From a virus (Duplodnaviria > Caudoviricetes), in IMG/VR virus record IMGVR_UViG_3300027779_000030, positions 1-62,566 of that record: a stretch of DNA of 62,566 bases. The stretch is one strand, 5' to 3'. Shown here one piece after another: positions 25,853 to 36,700 of the stretch (its first letter is position 1; each line of letters starts with the position of its first letter). The notes beneath the pieces were generated by a model. It saw only the letters and a list, made by a program, of their open reading frames with translations. It made no database searches and had not been told where the DNA came from. A program made the translations under genes and the position numbers.

Positions 25853-27826
25853 TTAAGATTTAAAAAAACTGTCATTTATTTTTTTTATCTTGTTTAGTGT
25901 ATTAATATCAAATATATTCGTTTCACCTTTATTTTTAGGATAATTGTGTCCTGCGTCATTTAATTTCCTAAGTTCATCAAAGTCAAAGGTTGACCTTCGT
26001 TTACCTGCATTATTAATATTAAATATTTTTTCTTCTAAGTCTTTTACGTATTCATCATCTTGTCTCTCAAATGTTTCTATACCAACGTCCCAAAATTGAG
26101 AAGAGTCAAATAGTGAAGATATATTAATTGATGTCATTGCCAAATCATCATTTCCATTTTGTCCCCTGTATATTCCGCCTTTAGACTTTCCAAATGCCAT
26201 AAGTTCCATTATTGTTGTATAGTCATTTGGAATTATTCTATTAATAGTTACTAAATATCTAAATTTTTCACAGTATTTAATTTTATTAGAAGGACCCAAT
26301 CTTAATCCTGGTTTAAAGTTAACTGCCGCTTGTGTATGCTTAGTCTGTACTATTTGTCCTCCCCAATACTTATCGTTTTCTCTAAATCTATTTAATAATA
26401 TATCTCCCTTATGATTTAACTCTAAAACAATTCTAGTTTGATCAGTGTTAAATATATCATATATTATATGTTCGCATGCAGTCGCGAATTCATTTATATC
26501 GATTTGATTAGATCTTAAATATCCAATTTGAACTAAAGATATTGTATCTAATTCGGATTTTATTATCTCTTTCTTTTTTAATAATTCCCTGACTGGCATC
26601 GCAACTGCTTTAAATATATTGAGAACTGAAAAATCTCCACCTACTCCATCGGCAGTATCTATGCTAAATATAAAATTACTTTCATCTTCTTTAAAATCAG
26701 CCATTGTTTTATTAACGTAGCTTTTATGTAGAAATAGATATTCATTTATATAGTTAAGATCCTCATCTAATATTAGATTTGGATTTTCATACTCAGTTTT
26801 AATATTATCTAACTTTTTTAAATCTTTAGAATTTAGTAGAAGTTTATCTGATGAAAAGAACTGTAGACCATATTCTTGATTAAATGCTTCTATTGATCCT
26901 AGATCTGCAATAGTTTTTTCTTTCCAATTATCTTCCCTTCCTTCTACTTGCCACCAATCTACTCTTAATGGAACGTAGCTAGATTTTCCATCTATTGCAT
27001 CTTTCCATATGTCCCAAAATTTATTTTTACCATTTGGGGTAGATGTTATTATTATTTTACCATTTGGATCAGCGGTAACCGTTGGAAATATTGCTCTATA
27101 GAATTCATCAAGGTTTGCGTCATTTATATGAGCAAACTCATCGATGTATAAAAGATTAACAGTTAATCCAATACCTGATTTTTTAGTAGTAGTTCTTCCA
27201 ACTAATCGGCTGTTTGAATCAAAGGAAACGGAGCTTTGATTTATAACCTGTATCCCAGGTTTCATAAAAAACGGAAGTCCTTCTAATGATATTTTAAACT
27301 TATCTATTAGTTCCTTTGTTGTTGTAAAATTGTCAGCAACACATAAGGCAGTTTTATCTGTTTGAAATAATAGGTACCATAATATAAACAGCGACGATGT
27401 TACTGTTTTACCTACCTGCCTACTTGCCATCACTATATTTAATTTAGAAAGTCTAAAGGTATCAAGCATTTGATCTTGATAATCCCGCAATCCTTCAATT
27501 TCATTTATTAATTTTCTTCCATTGTTGGTTTGTATAATACAATAGTTATTTACAAAATATAGAATACTTGCTCTACATTTTGATAATTCTTCCATTTCAC
27601 CCGGAGTATATTCAAATGGTAAACTATCTCTTCTTAAATTTAAATCATTGTCTTTGAATGGAGAATTACTTAAGCTTCTAATATCTGCGCGCCCATTGTT
27701 TATATCATCAACTAGTTTGTTAATTTTTTCAGTAGACCAAATATAACTATTATCCTTAGAGTCTCCACCGATTGATGATACTTTTATTGACGAAAATCCG
27801 CCAGAACTTGACATTATATCTCTCAT
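25853..27826 (-). CDS. terL: Terminase large subunit (T4 gp17-like)
   Basis: LRDYQ; Walker A SRQVGKT; Walker B LLYIDEFAH; STPNG; AFNQEY; nuclease motifs IDTADGVGGDFS, LELN, NDDLAM. Confidence 0.95.
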   Translation of the reverse strand: MRDIMSSSGGFSSIKVSSIGGDSKDNSYIWSTEKINKLVDDINNGRADIRSLSNSPFKDNDLNLRRDSLPFEYTPGEMEELSKCRASILYFVNNYCIIQTNNGRKLINEIEGLRDYQDQMLDTFRLSKLNIVMASRQVGKTVTSSLFILWYLLFQTDKTALCVADNFTTTKELIDKFKISLEGLPFFMKPGIQVINQSSVSFDSNSRLVGRTTTKKSGIGLTVNLLYIDEFAHINDANLDEFYRAIFPTVTADPNGKIIITSTPNGKNKFWDIWKDAIDGKSSYVPLRVDWWQVEGREDNWKEKTIADLGSIEAFNQEYGLQFFSSDKLLLNSKDLKKLDNIKTEYENPNLILDEDLNYINEYLFLHKSYVNKTMADFKEDESNFIFSIDTADGVGGDFSVLNIFKAVAMPVRELLKKKEIIKSELDTISLVQIGYLRSNQIDINEFATACEHIIYDIFNTDQTRIVLELNHKGDILLNRFRENDKYWGGQIVQTKHTQAAVNFKPGLRLGPSNKIKYCEKFRYLVTINRIIPNDYTTIMELMAFGKSKGGIYRGQNGNDDLAMTSINISSLFDSSQFWDVGIETFERQDDEYVKDLEEKIFNINNAGKRRSTFDFDELRKLNDAGHNYPKNKGETNIFDINTLNKIKKINDSFFKS

Positions 27827-27836
27827 ATGTATATTA

Positions 27837-28571
27837 TTATATTATCTCAGTTAAATCAATGAAATCGTCATTCTTCCTATTCTCATCTTCACTTATTTCA
27901 ATATTATTATCTCGCATAAGCTTTGCTTTATTATTAGGATTAACTAAATTGTCCGATGGTTCTACAGATACTGCCTGAACACTAGGCTCAGCTAAATTTT
28001 CTATTACATTTTTTGTACCGATAGATATAAAGAACTTTCCTTCTGTGTCCTTAGATGGGACTTGTGTATCATCCGGATTAACAGGATAATCGTCATTTAA
28101 CTTTTTATACGTATCTTCTAAGAATAGTATATAATTTGCTTGCATCTTAGTGATGTTTGCCATCTTATCTTGCAGTTGCCCCATTACCTCTAATAGCCTA
28201 GGGTGAGTATTACCAGCTGCAATCTCTTCCATTATTTTTATAACTGTTATCTTTAAAGTCTTTAATTGAAAAAATAGATTAGATATATTAATTGTATCTA
28301 ACTCTTTTTTATGCCTAGCATAATCGTTTTTTTCAAATATCCCAATATCTACAAAGTTTTTAAATAGAGAATCAGTTATGCTCTTTGCTTTTTGAGTAAA
28401 TTGATCACTCATTTCTTCAAAATCATAGGGACTTTCCCTCTGAAGCTCACTTGCTAATTCATTGTTTATTAAAAGATCTTCGGAAGGCTCAGCACTAATA
28501 TTATTAAGTAGAGACTCTATTTCATTCTTTAGGTCCTTCCTAGTTTCTTTGTTTAGTTTACCTTTTGACAT
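27837..28571 (-). CDS. Putative terminase small subunit
   Basis: Helical protein directly upstream of terL; HPRLLEVMGQLQ resembles the gp16-like HPRxYEV..QL motif. Confidence 0.55.
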   Translation of the reverse strand: MSKGKLNKETRKDLKNEIESLLNNISAEPSEDLLINNELASELQRESPYDFEEMSDQFTQKAKSITDSLFKNFVDIGIFEKNDYARHKKELDTINISNLFFQLKTLKITVIKIMEEIAAGNTHPRLLEVMGQLQDKMANITKMQANYILFLEDTYKKLNDDYPVNPDDTQVPSKDTEGKFFISIGTKNVIENLAEPSVQAVSVEPSDNLVNPNNKAKLMRDNNIEISEDENRKNDDFIDLTEII

Positions 28572-28816
28572 TAATTAAATTTATTTTCGTGTTTGTCTAG
28601 AGCAGGATTCGCCCATATTTTAATTTGTTTTACACTATCTATCCATCGATATATTACATCATTTAAGTATGTTATAAATTTATCTAAGGGTAAATTAATC
28701 CCAAACATTTGACCTGAAAGTGTATTCTTCATAATCTTATCTTTGTAATCATACCCAAGATGTATACGTTTTTCTCGTCTTTCGTATATTTTTCTATATA
28801 TGCTGTCTTTAGTCAT
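28571..28816 (-). CDS. Hypothetical protein
   Basis: 81-aa ORF between the wedge and terS-like genes, translationally coupled. Confidence 0.55.
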   Translation of the reverse strand: MTKDSIYRKIYERREKRIHLGYDYKDKIMKNTLSGQMFGINLPLDKFITYLNDVIYRWIDSVKQIKIWANPALDKHENKFN

Positions 28817-28823
28817 GTCTATA

Positions 28824-30491
28824 TTATTTTTTTAACATCATAGGCCTAGGAACAATCTCATTTATTTTAATATTGACTGCGCCTAAAGAATCATCAGATA
28901 GTCCTTCTGCATATACATTTCCATGTCGATCCTTAAATCCTCCTCTTATTAAAGGTAGTTCTTGTTGTTTTATTATTATATCATTGAATTCATCTAATCC
29001 TACCGTTTTAGCTTTTGAATTCTTTGATTTTGAGATCTCATTCTTTTCTCCAAGTATTGTTATTGCTACGGAATCAACTCCATTCACTTCTTCTAGTATT
29101 TTAATTAGATCACTTTTTGGTATTCTCTTTCTTCTAGTATTTTCTATAAAGTAATTAGCCAGACCTAGAGTTATATCCTTTTTAATTATTTCTATGGATA
29201 CATCATCAAATGCAATAATAGTTAAATTTATTACATACTTAATGACTATTGGATCAACAATTTTAACATCTGTTGATATTAACTTAGTTCCAGATTTTTC
29301 AATATATCTTAAAAGTTGAGACTTTTGATAATCTCCTAGTACAAACCTATTTAAATCTGCTCCAAAATAATCTTGGGATATTGAAAATGACTTTCTAATG
29401 TCCGGTATTAGAAATAGATTTAGCATTCTCTCATCTAATTCATCTAGAAATACATCTATCATAGAGAACATTTTTAGTTTACGTAAAACTATTTCATAGT
29501 GATCTGGGTTAACTAGAGCAAAGCTTTTAGATGTATGTGGTGCAATTAATCTAGTTAATTCTGAATCTTCTGGGTTTACTCCAAAAAATGGAGCGTGTTT
29601 TGTGGATATATCAATATATTCATTTAACTCTACTTCGTCTCCAAGTATTGTAAATCCTGTATCTTCAAATTTAAATCGTATTTTAGAAGTATCATCAGTT
29701 CTTATATTTCCTCTAGGTCCTTCATTCACTAAATATTCAACAATAACCTCTGTTCCAGGTTTTGGAATTTTACCAAAGTGTCCGTTTCCAAAATATATAT
29801 CTAATCCGGTAGTTATTCCAGTTTTAGCAATAAACCCTTTTGCGTTTCTAGGGATATCTAACATAGACTCATATTTTTTCCATTTTTCTCCGTTTACATA
29901 TACATTTACAAAAAAGTTATCTATAAAGAAATTTTGAGGACTTCCTATTGAGAAGCTTTGTATCGCTACTCCCTTAGCTATTACTGTTTGCGTCTCGAGT
30001 ATTCCCTGTCTAATAGGAAGATTTATTCCATCATCTTCTCCATTTAATGAGAACTTTATTTCATCCTGTGGTAAATCTAATATGTATTGCAACCCATTCG
30101 ATTCGCAGATTAATTTAGTTAGATTAGGAATTATTACAAAATCTACAGGTACCTCAACTGCATCTTCGTTTATTCTTAAGGATATTTGACCAGTAGCTGA
30201 CATTGCTCGAGATGGATTATGTCCAGCTAAAGAGGCTAGTGAATAAATTGATGTAAGTCTGCTTGCTTCATTAATATTTAATTCAGTAATAGAATCCTCT
30301 ATATAATAAAAGACAAGTTGTGTCAAATTTTCTATTACTATAAGTATTTGACCAAACGGGGATGCCGCAGTAAAAACAGATTTACTTTGATTAAATCTTT
30401 TTGTTAGATAGTTTATTGTGTCCATAAGAATGTCCTCTACTTGGACACTCAGACTTCGAAGTACTTTATATTTTCCTAATGTTGTCGCCAT
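28824..30491 (-). CDS. Baseplate wedge subunit (T4 gp6 / baseplate J-like)
   Basis: SPFGQILIV...ELNINEA...SIYSLASLAGHNPSR; IYFGNGHFGKIP; EYLVNEGPRGN; EDSELTR...ALVNPDHY; LEEVNGVDSV. Confidence 0.85.
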   Translation of the reverse strand: MATTLGKYKVLRSLSVQVEDILMDTINYLTKRFNQSKSVFTAASPFGQILIVIENLTQLVFYYIEDSITELNINEASRLTSIYSLASLAGHNPSRAMSATGQISLRINEDAVEVPVDFVIIPNLTKLICESNGLQYILDLPQDEIKFSLNGEDDGINLPIRQGILETQTVIAKGVAIQSFSIGSPQNFFIDNFFVNVYVNGEKWKKYESMLDIPRNAKGFIAKTGITTGLDIYFGNGHFGKIPKPGTEVIVEYLVNEGPRGNIRTDDTSKIRFKFEDTGFTILGDEVELNEYIDISTKHAPFFGVNPEDSELTRLIAPHTSKSFALVNPDHYEIVLRKLKMFSMIDVFLDELDERMLNLFLIPDIRKSFSISQDYFGADLNRFVLGDYQKSQLLRYIEKSGTKLISTDVKIVDPIVIKYVINLTIIAFDDVSIEIIKKDITLGLANYFIENTRRKRIPKSDLIKILEEVNGVDSVAITILGEKNEISKSKNSKAKTVGLDEFNDIIIKQQELPLIRGGFKDRHGNVYAEGLSDDSLGAVNIKINEIVPRPMMLKK

Positions 30492-30503
30492 GTTAACTTT
30501 TCC

Positions 30504-30571
30504 TATTTATATTATTTATACTGCGAATATTTATTTTAGATTATTAAAACGTTAGTTAATTTAGATAAATA
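30504..30571. promoter_or_regulatory. Divergent late promoters: two tandem TATAAATA on - (30504-30511, 30513-30520) and GATAAATA on + (30564-30571)
   Basis: Motifs read directly in the intergenic gap between 30491(-) and 30595(+). Confidence 0.6.
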
Positions 30572-30594
30572 AAATAAACATATTATATATTGAT

Positions 30595-31905
30595 ATGATA
30601 GATATTGACAAAAATATTAAAGAATCTAAGATTTCATTTATCTTTGAATTTAAGTCCCCAACTAGGAGAAGAGATCTAGCGTCTAAATTATCTAAAAATC
30701 TTGGTAAAAAAGTAAAGTGGTTTAAAGGAGTAAATGAATCGTTTAGAGCAAATGATTCTATATACAAGCTTTCTAATAAGTATTCAGAGTTTTCAAAAAC
30801 CTTTGTATTTGAAACAGGCTTCATGAAATATCACGACGGCATACACTGTATGTTAAAAACTATGAATTTAATAGATCATTTTGGATTTACCTGTGATAGA
30901 TGCGAAATGAAGGTAAATATAAGAGCAAATGAAGATTCATCCAACAGTATTAAACTTGATAGGCTTAATAAGTTTAAATATTTAATTGGACTTGAAGAAA
31001 ATAGCCTACTTGACATGTGGAATACAGATAGTAACGAAAGACAAAAATTATATCATGATCAACATATGTATATTAGTGCAAAAAATCCATATTCTACATA
31101 TATGACAACCAAAGTAGTAGAAAATATGGATCCTAAATTATTTTCTTTTCCATATTCGGAGTTTTTTGGTCATAATTTTTCGAAATTAGATGAAGGTTAT
31201 TTACAAATTAATTACATTGGTGGAAAAGATTATCATAAACGTAAAACTGAAGCTAGAAAAACTATTGATTTAGTTATTGGAAGAGTATATGAGACTTTAA
31301 ATAACAATTATGATTATAATTTAAATGAAAAGAGAAAAATAGAAAAAATAGTAGAATCTTATAAGGATGCAGTAGATTCGACTAAAAACTATTCTACCTT
31401 TTCTAAATCTTATCCAAAGATTAATCTATATTATGACATGACCAACGAAGAATTTAGATTAGACAATAATTTTAGTAATATAAGAGAAAAGTTATTTCAA
31501 CTTGTTGTATTTGGAAAAGTGGAAGAGGCTTTAATCAATTATGATAATGAAAGAAAGGTATTTCAAGTAAAAGACGCTAAAATAGATAGAAATATTATAG
31601 TTGAAGATTTTGAATTTTATAACTGCCAAATAAACGCTGACGCAAAGGGATGTTTATTTGAAAATTGTACTATCCGAAATTCTAAACTAGAAGATTGTGA
31701 TATATTAACATCAAATTACATTAAAAATTCTAAGATACTGGATTGTAAATATCATGGATCAGGTAATAGTATTGTAAACAGTTATATTGATAATAAGGTA
31801 GATTATATGATAGATGCGGATCTTAGAAAATGTATCGTTGCTTCTGGAAAGTTTAAATTATCTGCGAGTATAGACAAGGACACCTCTTTTTTTAATATAC
31901 ATTAA
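30595..31905 (+). CDS. Amidoligase (COOH-NH2 ligase)-like protein, apparently catalytically degenerate, with C-terminal beta-helix repeats
   Basis: ISFIFEF, FVFETG, GFTCDRCEMKVNI and YLQINYIGG align in order with the amidoligase motifs GxExE, ExxT, CxxHxN and EFR, but with key residues replaced. C-terminal FYNCQI...FENCTIRNSKLEDCDI repeats. Confidence 0.45.
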   Translation: MIDIDKNIKESKISFIFEFKSPTRRRDLASKLSKNLGKKVKWFKGVNESFRANDSIYKLSNKYSEFSKTFVFETGFMKYHDGIHCMLKTMNLIDHFGFTCDRCEMKVNIRANEDSSNSIKLDRLNKFKYLIGLEENSLLDMWNTDSNERQKLYHDQHMYISAKNPYSTYMTTKVVENMDPKLFSFPYSEFFGHNFSKLDEGYLQINYIGGKDYHKRKTEARKTIDLVIGRVYETLNNNYDYNLNEKRKIEKIVESYKDAVDSTKNYSTFSKSYPKINLYYDMTNEEFRLDNNFSNIREKLFQLVVFGKVEEALINYDNERKVFQVKDAKIDRNIIVEDFEFYNCQINADAKGCLFENCTIRNSKLEDCDILTSNYIKNSKILDCKYHGSGNSIVNSYIDNKVDYMIDADLRKCIVASGKFKLSASIDKDTSFFNIH

Positions 31906-31991
31906 TAATTTATCTAAATAATACAATCTTAATGGTAACATAAATCTTATGCACTATAATTGTGATAAATAAATAAAAATATGGATATTAA

Positions 31992-33665
31992 ATGCCAATT
32001 TATAAGAAACTAGAGGGTATAAGAAAATTAAGCAATTCTAGCCTAACCGCGTTAGTCGATGTTACTAATATAAACTTTAAAGATTTATCTGCTGCAACGC
32101 TAGAATTTTTAAAGAATATAAAATATGATGAAACTTTAAATTCCGCAAATCTTAAGACCGGAAACTTTGAATATGTTAATATATCTGATAAACTTTCCCT
32201 TAAATTAGACAATATACCTACCTTTACGATAGATTCACTTGGTAGAGCAGAAGGACAAGAATTATTAGTTAAAGTATCTGAATCAAAAAGACATAGATTC
32301 ACTGATTTTAACGACTGGCCTGATGTTGGAGTTCCAGGAGAAGTAATATATACAGGTATTCAAAATCAAAAACCAGAATTTGGCGAAGATTTTATAGGAT
32401 ATTTAGATACAAGAGGATGGGTAAGTCTTACTAATTTAAATAGCTCAGTTACTCAATTGATATTAGATGTATTATCAGGAAGTCCAGCTATTGCACCCAT
32501 TGTTCCTTTAGGAAGTGGATCAGTATGGTCTGGACCTTTAGGATTAGAAAACGTATTTGTTCCCACGAATAATACTTTATATTATACTGATGTAAATGGT
32601 GATATTTTTGATATATTAACAGATCACGTATGGGCGCTCAACGGAAATGATGCAAGTTTTATACCTACTGGTAATTGTATTATTGGAGATATTATTAATA
32701 ATGGATCTTTAAGATATGTCGACGGAAACCAAACTACTGGGTACGTTCTTACTAGTGATGCTTTAGGTAATGCATCATGGCAACCTGCCCCTAGCGGAGG
32801 TAGCGGAAGTGGGGGAGCAGCTGCTTCATATGTTACAGTTGTTGATTTTATTGCTAATTCTACTGAATTAATATCTCATAATTTAGGAACTACTGATGTT
32901 CACGTTCAATTAGTTGATTTAGATACAAACGATTTAATACAAGCGCATATTGATGGATATACTTCAAATACGTTAGATATAACATTTACTTCAGATAATC
33001 AAAATGTAAAAGTAATTATTTTAGCAGGAGGAGCATCTTCTCTTACTGAAATTTGTGGAGTTCCAATTCAATGTGGATCTCCTGGACCAACTGATGGAGA
33101 TACTCTTGTATATAATTCATCATTAAATATTTGGGAATTAACCACAGCTTCTTCTGGAGGTAGTACTCTTACCTTTCAGAGAACATTCACAGCAGATGAA
33201 TTAATAAGTATGGACTATATAACACCATCTGATCCTTATGCAGGAATAGAAATTTTACCACCACCTGGTGCTGGTAAGTGTTATGTGAAAAAATCAAATT
33301 TTGTTGTGATTACTTATTCCTATGATGGAGATATTTTTAATACCGTTGATCCAGATTTGTTATTGGCCATATATTGGCCAGAGGCTGGACCAGCTGGAGG
33401 TGCACCTGATCCTATTTCTTACCTAGGATTAGAATCTTCTATGGGTGAAAGTTTAAACATAGGTTCTGCTACAGAACCCACAGCACTATTAGCTGATTGG
33501 AATATGGGTGGACAAGATCATAGTATATCTGCCCCAGGTTTTATTAATCAGCCTTGGTATATAGGAACACGGGGATCACTAACAAAAAACTCTGTAGCAA
33601 CTGAAGGAACTATTTCAATACGATTCCAATACGCCATTGAAGATATTTCAGATATCTGGCCATAA
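31992..33665 (+). CDS. Tail fibre/baseplate-associated structural protein
   Basis: GYVLTSDALGNASWQ, ISHNLGTTDVHVQL and PTDGDTLVYNSSLNIWE fibre motifs; GATAAATA at 31964-31971. Confidence 0.7.
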   Translation: MPIYKKLEGIRKLSNSSLTALVDVTNINFKDLSAATLEFLKNIKYDETLNSANLKTGNFEYVNISDKLSLKLDNIPTFTIDSLGRAEGQELLVKVSESKRHRFTDFNDWPDVGVPGEVIYTGIQNQKPEFGEDFIGYLDTRGWVSLTNLNSSVTQLILDVLSGSPAIAPIVPLGSGSVWSGPLGLENVFVPTNNTLYYTDVNGDIFDILTDHVWALNGNDASFIPTGNCIIGDIINNGSLRYVDGNQTTGYVLTSDALGNASWQPAPSGGSGSGGAAASYVTVVDFIANSTELISHNLGTTDVHVQLVDLDTNDLIQAHIDGYTSNTLDITFTSDNQNVKVIILAGGASSLTEICGVPIQCGSPGPTDGDTLVYNSSLNIWELTTASSGGSTLTFQRTFTADELISMDYITPSDPYAGIEILPPPGAGKCYVKKSNFVVITYSYDGDIFNTVDPDLLLAIYWPEAGPAGGAPDPISYLGLESSMGESLNIGSATEPTALLADWNMGGQDHSISAPGFINQPWYIGTRGSLTKNSVATEGTISIRFQYAIEDISDIWP

Positions 33666-33772
33666 AGTAAAACAATCTCCTATTTTGCTTATATAAATAT
33701 TCAACCTTATGCCTATTTAGAAAATATAATCGCCAATTCTTTTAATAAATAACTAAAAGAATCGAATAATAG

Positions 33773-36700
33773 ATGTCAATTACTAAAGAATACCATGATT
33801 TACGAGTATATGGCGAAATAACATCAGAAGGTTTAACTATTCAAAGTCCAATAGGGGCAGCCGATGGATATACATTTCCATCTGCGGATGGCCTACCTAA
33901 TCAAATACTTGCTACTAATGGATTTGGACAGTTATCATTTCAAAATGCAACATCGCTTGCTTTAACAACGGATGATGTACCTGAAGGATTAATCAACTTA
34001 TATTTTACAGAAGAAAGAGTAGACGATAGAATAGCTGCTTTAATTCAAAACGGAATAGGAATAAATTGGACCTACGACGACCCTAGTAATACATTTACAG
34101 GTAATGTTACTCTTACTCCTTTTGACACAGATGATTTATCTGAAGGAGCTACTAATTTATATTTTACAAACGAAAGGGTAGATGATAGAGTTGCCCAGTT
34201 AATTATAAATGGGACTGGTTTAACTTGGACATATAATGATGTTGCTAATACTCTTCAAGGAGTGGTCAGCCTTTCTCCTTTTACATCAGACGATCTTATT
34301 GAAGGAAGTACTAATTTATATTTTACGGACGAAGCAGCTCAAGATGCAGCTGCTGCTATGATTCAAAATGCTACTGGAATTTCATGGACATATAATGATT
34401 TAGGAAATACTCTTACTCCAACTATAATTCTTGGAGATTTCACAACAGATGATTTACCACAAGGTATGTCTAATTTATATCTTACGGATGAAGCAATAGA
34501 TGATAGAGTAGCACTATTAGTTCATGATACTGCTACTGTTACTTGGGTATATAACGATATTGCAAATACATTAGAAGCTAATGCAGCCACTCCGGTTAAA
34601 ATTCAAAAGGGTGGAAGTTTAGTAAGTGGAGACCGAGATACTATAAATTTTATAGAAGGAACAGATATAACACTAGCAGTTGCTGATGATTCAGTTAACG
34701 GAAGAGTAGATGTTACAATTTCATATAGTGGAATCCCAGGAACTGGAGGAGTAACTGTTAATACTTCTGAAGGATTAACAACAGACAGCATTACATCAAC
34801 CGTTGAATTTGGAGATGAAATTGGAGGCGGAGGGGCATTTTTTACATCTGACAGAGAAGTAAACTTAAATGGTAAATATTTAGAATTTCTAGGAACGCCA
34901 TATATGGACGTCATACTGTCTAGTAAGGGAGATGGAGCAGTAGGTATTGGTTCACTTTTTGAAGATGATTTGTCTTCGATGCTTCACCTCCACGGTACAA
35001 CAAGAGGAAATCACTCTAACTTAGTTGAAAAAACTACTTTATTATTAAGTGGATTAACAACAGAGAATGATGTTCATTATCCAATTCAAGTATTTCACGC
35101 AAATTTAGATAATGATAATAATGGAACTCACATTACTTTATATGATGAACATGTTTTAGATAATTGCCAGATGATAGGAGAAACTCGATATGACGGATAT
35201 ATCTATGGAAATAATTTATTAGTGGCAGGATCACCTGGAGTAGCCGCTACGGGAATAAGTACCTTGAGTAATAGTCTTAATGAACCATTACTTAATACTT
35301 TCTCCACTCACGTAAATACAGTAGAAGGAGAAACCTTAAATCTTTGGCCAGGATTTAGTGAAGATGCCTTCTTCCCATTATCATTAGACGAGCTAAAAAA
35401 TACATCTGTTGATGCTGCATTTAAAGCCGAATATGACGCATTTAAAGTATTTACATGTTCTTTAGCTGTTGAACCAGAATATGATATATCAACCGAATTT
35501 GCTAAAAGCTTATCAACTGCTGCTGAGATTACCGCAAAACTAGCAGAAGTAAATTCTAAAATATCTGAATCTAAATCTGAATATGACGAGCAAATAACCT
35601 TAATAACTATTCAAATAGAAGCAAATGAGGCAGCTAAGAAAGTAGCAGAAGATAGTTTATTAGATTTACAAAGTATGAAGGCTGAACTGGAAGAAACTTT
35701 AGAGAAGTTGAACTCTGAGAAAGTAGAAGCTGAATCCGCACTAGCCGAAGCACAAGCCGCTTTAGAAGAACTAAATGCGGAAAGAACCATTGCATTAGAC
35801 GCATATAACGCTCAAGATAAAATTTATGAAGATTTAATTGCATTACTAGATGCCTTAATTGCAAGATACACATCATCAGAAGCTGACCTGATTTCAGATA
35901 TATCAGCAGAAGACCAAGCTTTAATCGCAAGTCTGCTATCAGATATAGCAGACGGAGTAGAGGGAACTGAATTTGAAGAAGAATGGACTAATCTTCTTAC
36001 ATTTTTAGGAGTAGGAACTAACACTATATTAGATGCTATAAATGAATGTCAAAATTTTAAAGCACTTATTGTTCAAGCAAAAGCAGATGCCGATGAATCT
36101 GAATCAAATGCAGTTTCATTATATAATGAAACTAAAAACGATCTAGATATTGTTATTGAAGAAAATACATCCCTTATTGCTGATATTCAATCACAAATAG
36201 CTGAAAATCAAGAAACGCTAGATACGGTAACTTTGGATATTGAGGCAACTGAGCTAACTATTGCAGAGTTAACTTCGTCAATAGAAGAGCAAAATTCACA
36301 GAAGAAGGCATGGGCAGATTGTTCTGCTGAACTAGAAACAAAGATTCCAGCCTGGTTAATCCTATCTGATACTCTTCAAATATTATTAGATACTAACGGA
36401 GACAGCGGATTCATAGATTGTAATAATATAAGTTACGCTGAGTATTATATTGGAGGTACTCCTTATTGCTTAGACGATGCGACAGAAGTATATGGAATAA
36501 CATTAGATCGTAAGTATACTAAGTTTGGACAAGGATGGCTATATGGAGCAGATATCGAAGAGCTTGGTTATGGAGAAGAGGTTGAGTATGAATTAGGACA
36601 TTCAAATGCCTCTGTTGTAATTGGAACAACTAATCCAAAAGATGAAGAAAAATGTGAGGTACCTACTGCAATGCTTGATGTTTATGGAAATAGTATTACT

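Noticed and set aside
25853-27826. Intein or intron in the terminase
   Set aside because: At 657 aa the ATPase and nuclease motifs are continuous; no C...HN splice motifs or LAGLIDADG/HNH insert.
33965-34590. 159-bp periodic repeats as a CRISPR array or DGR template/variable repeats
   Set aside because: They are in-frame protein repeats diverged at synonymous sites, with no identical repeat-spacer structure, no adenine-specific mismatch pattern noticed, and no cas or reverse transcriptase gene in the window.
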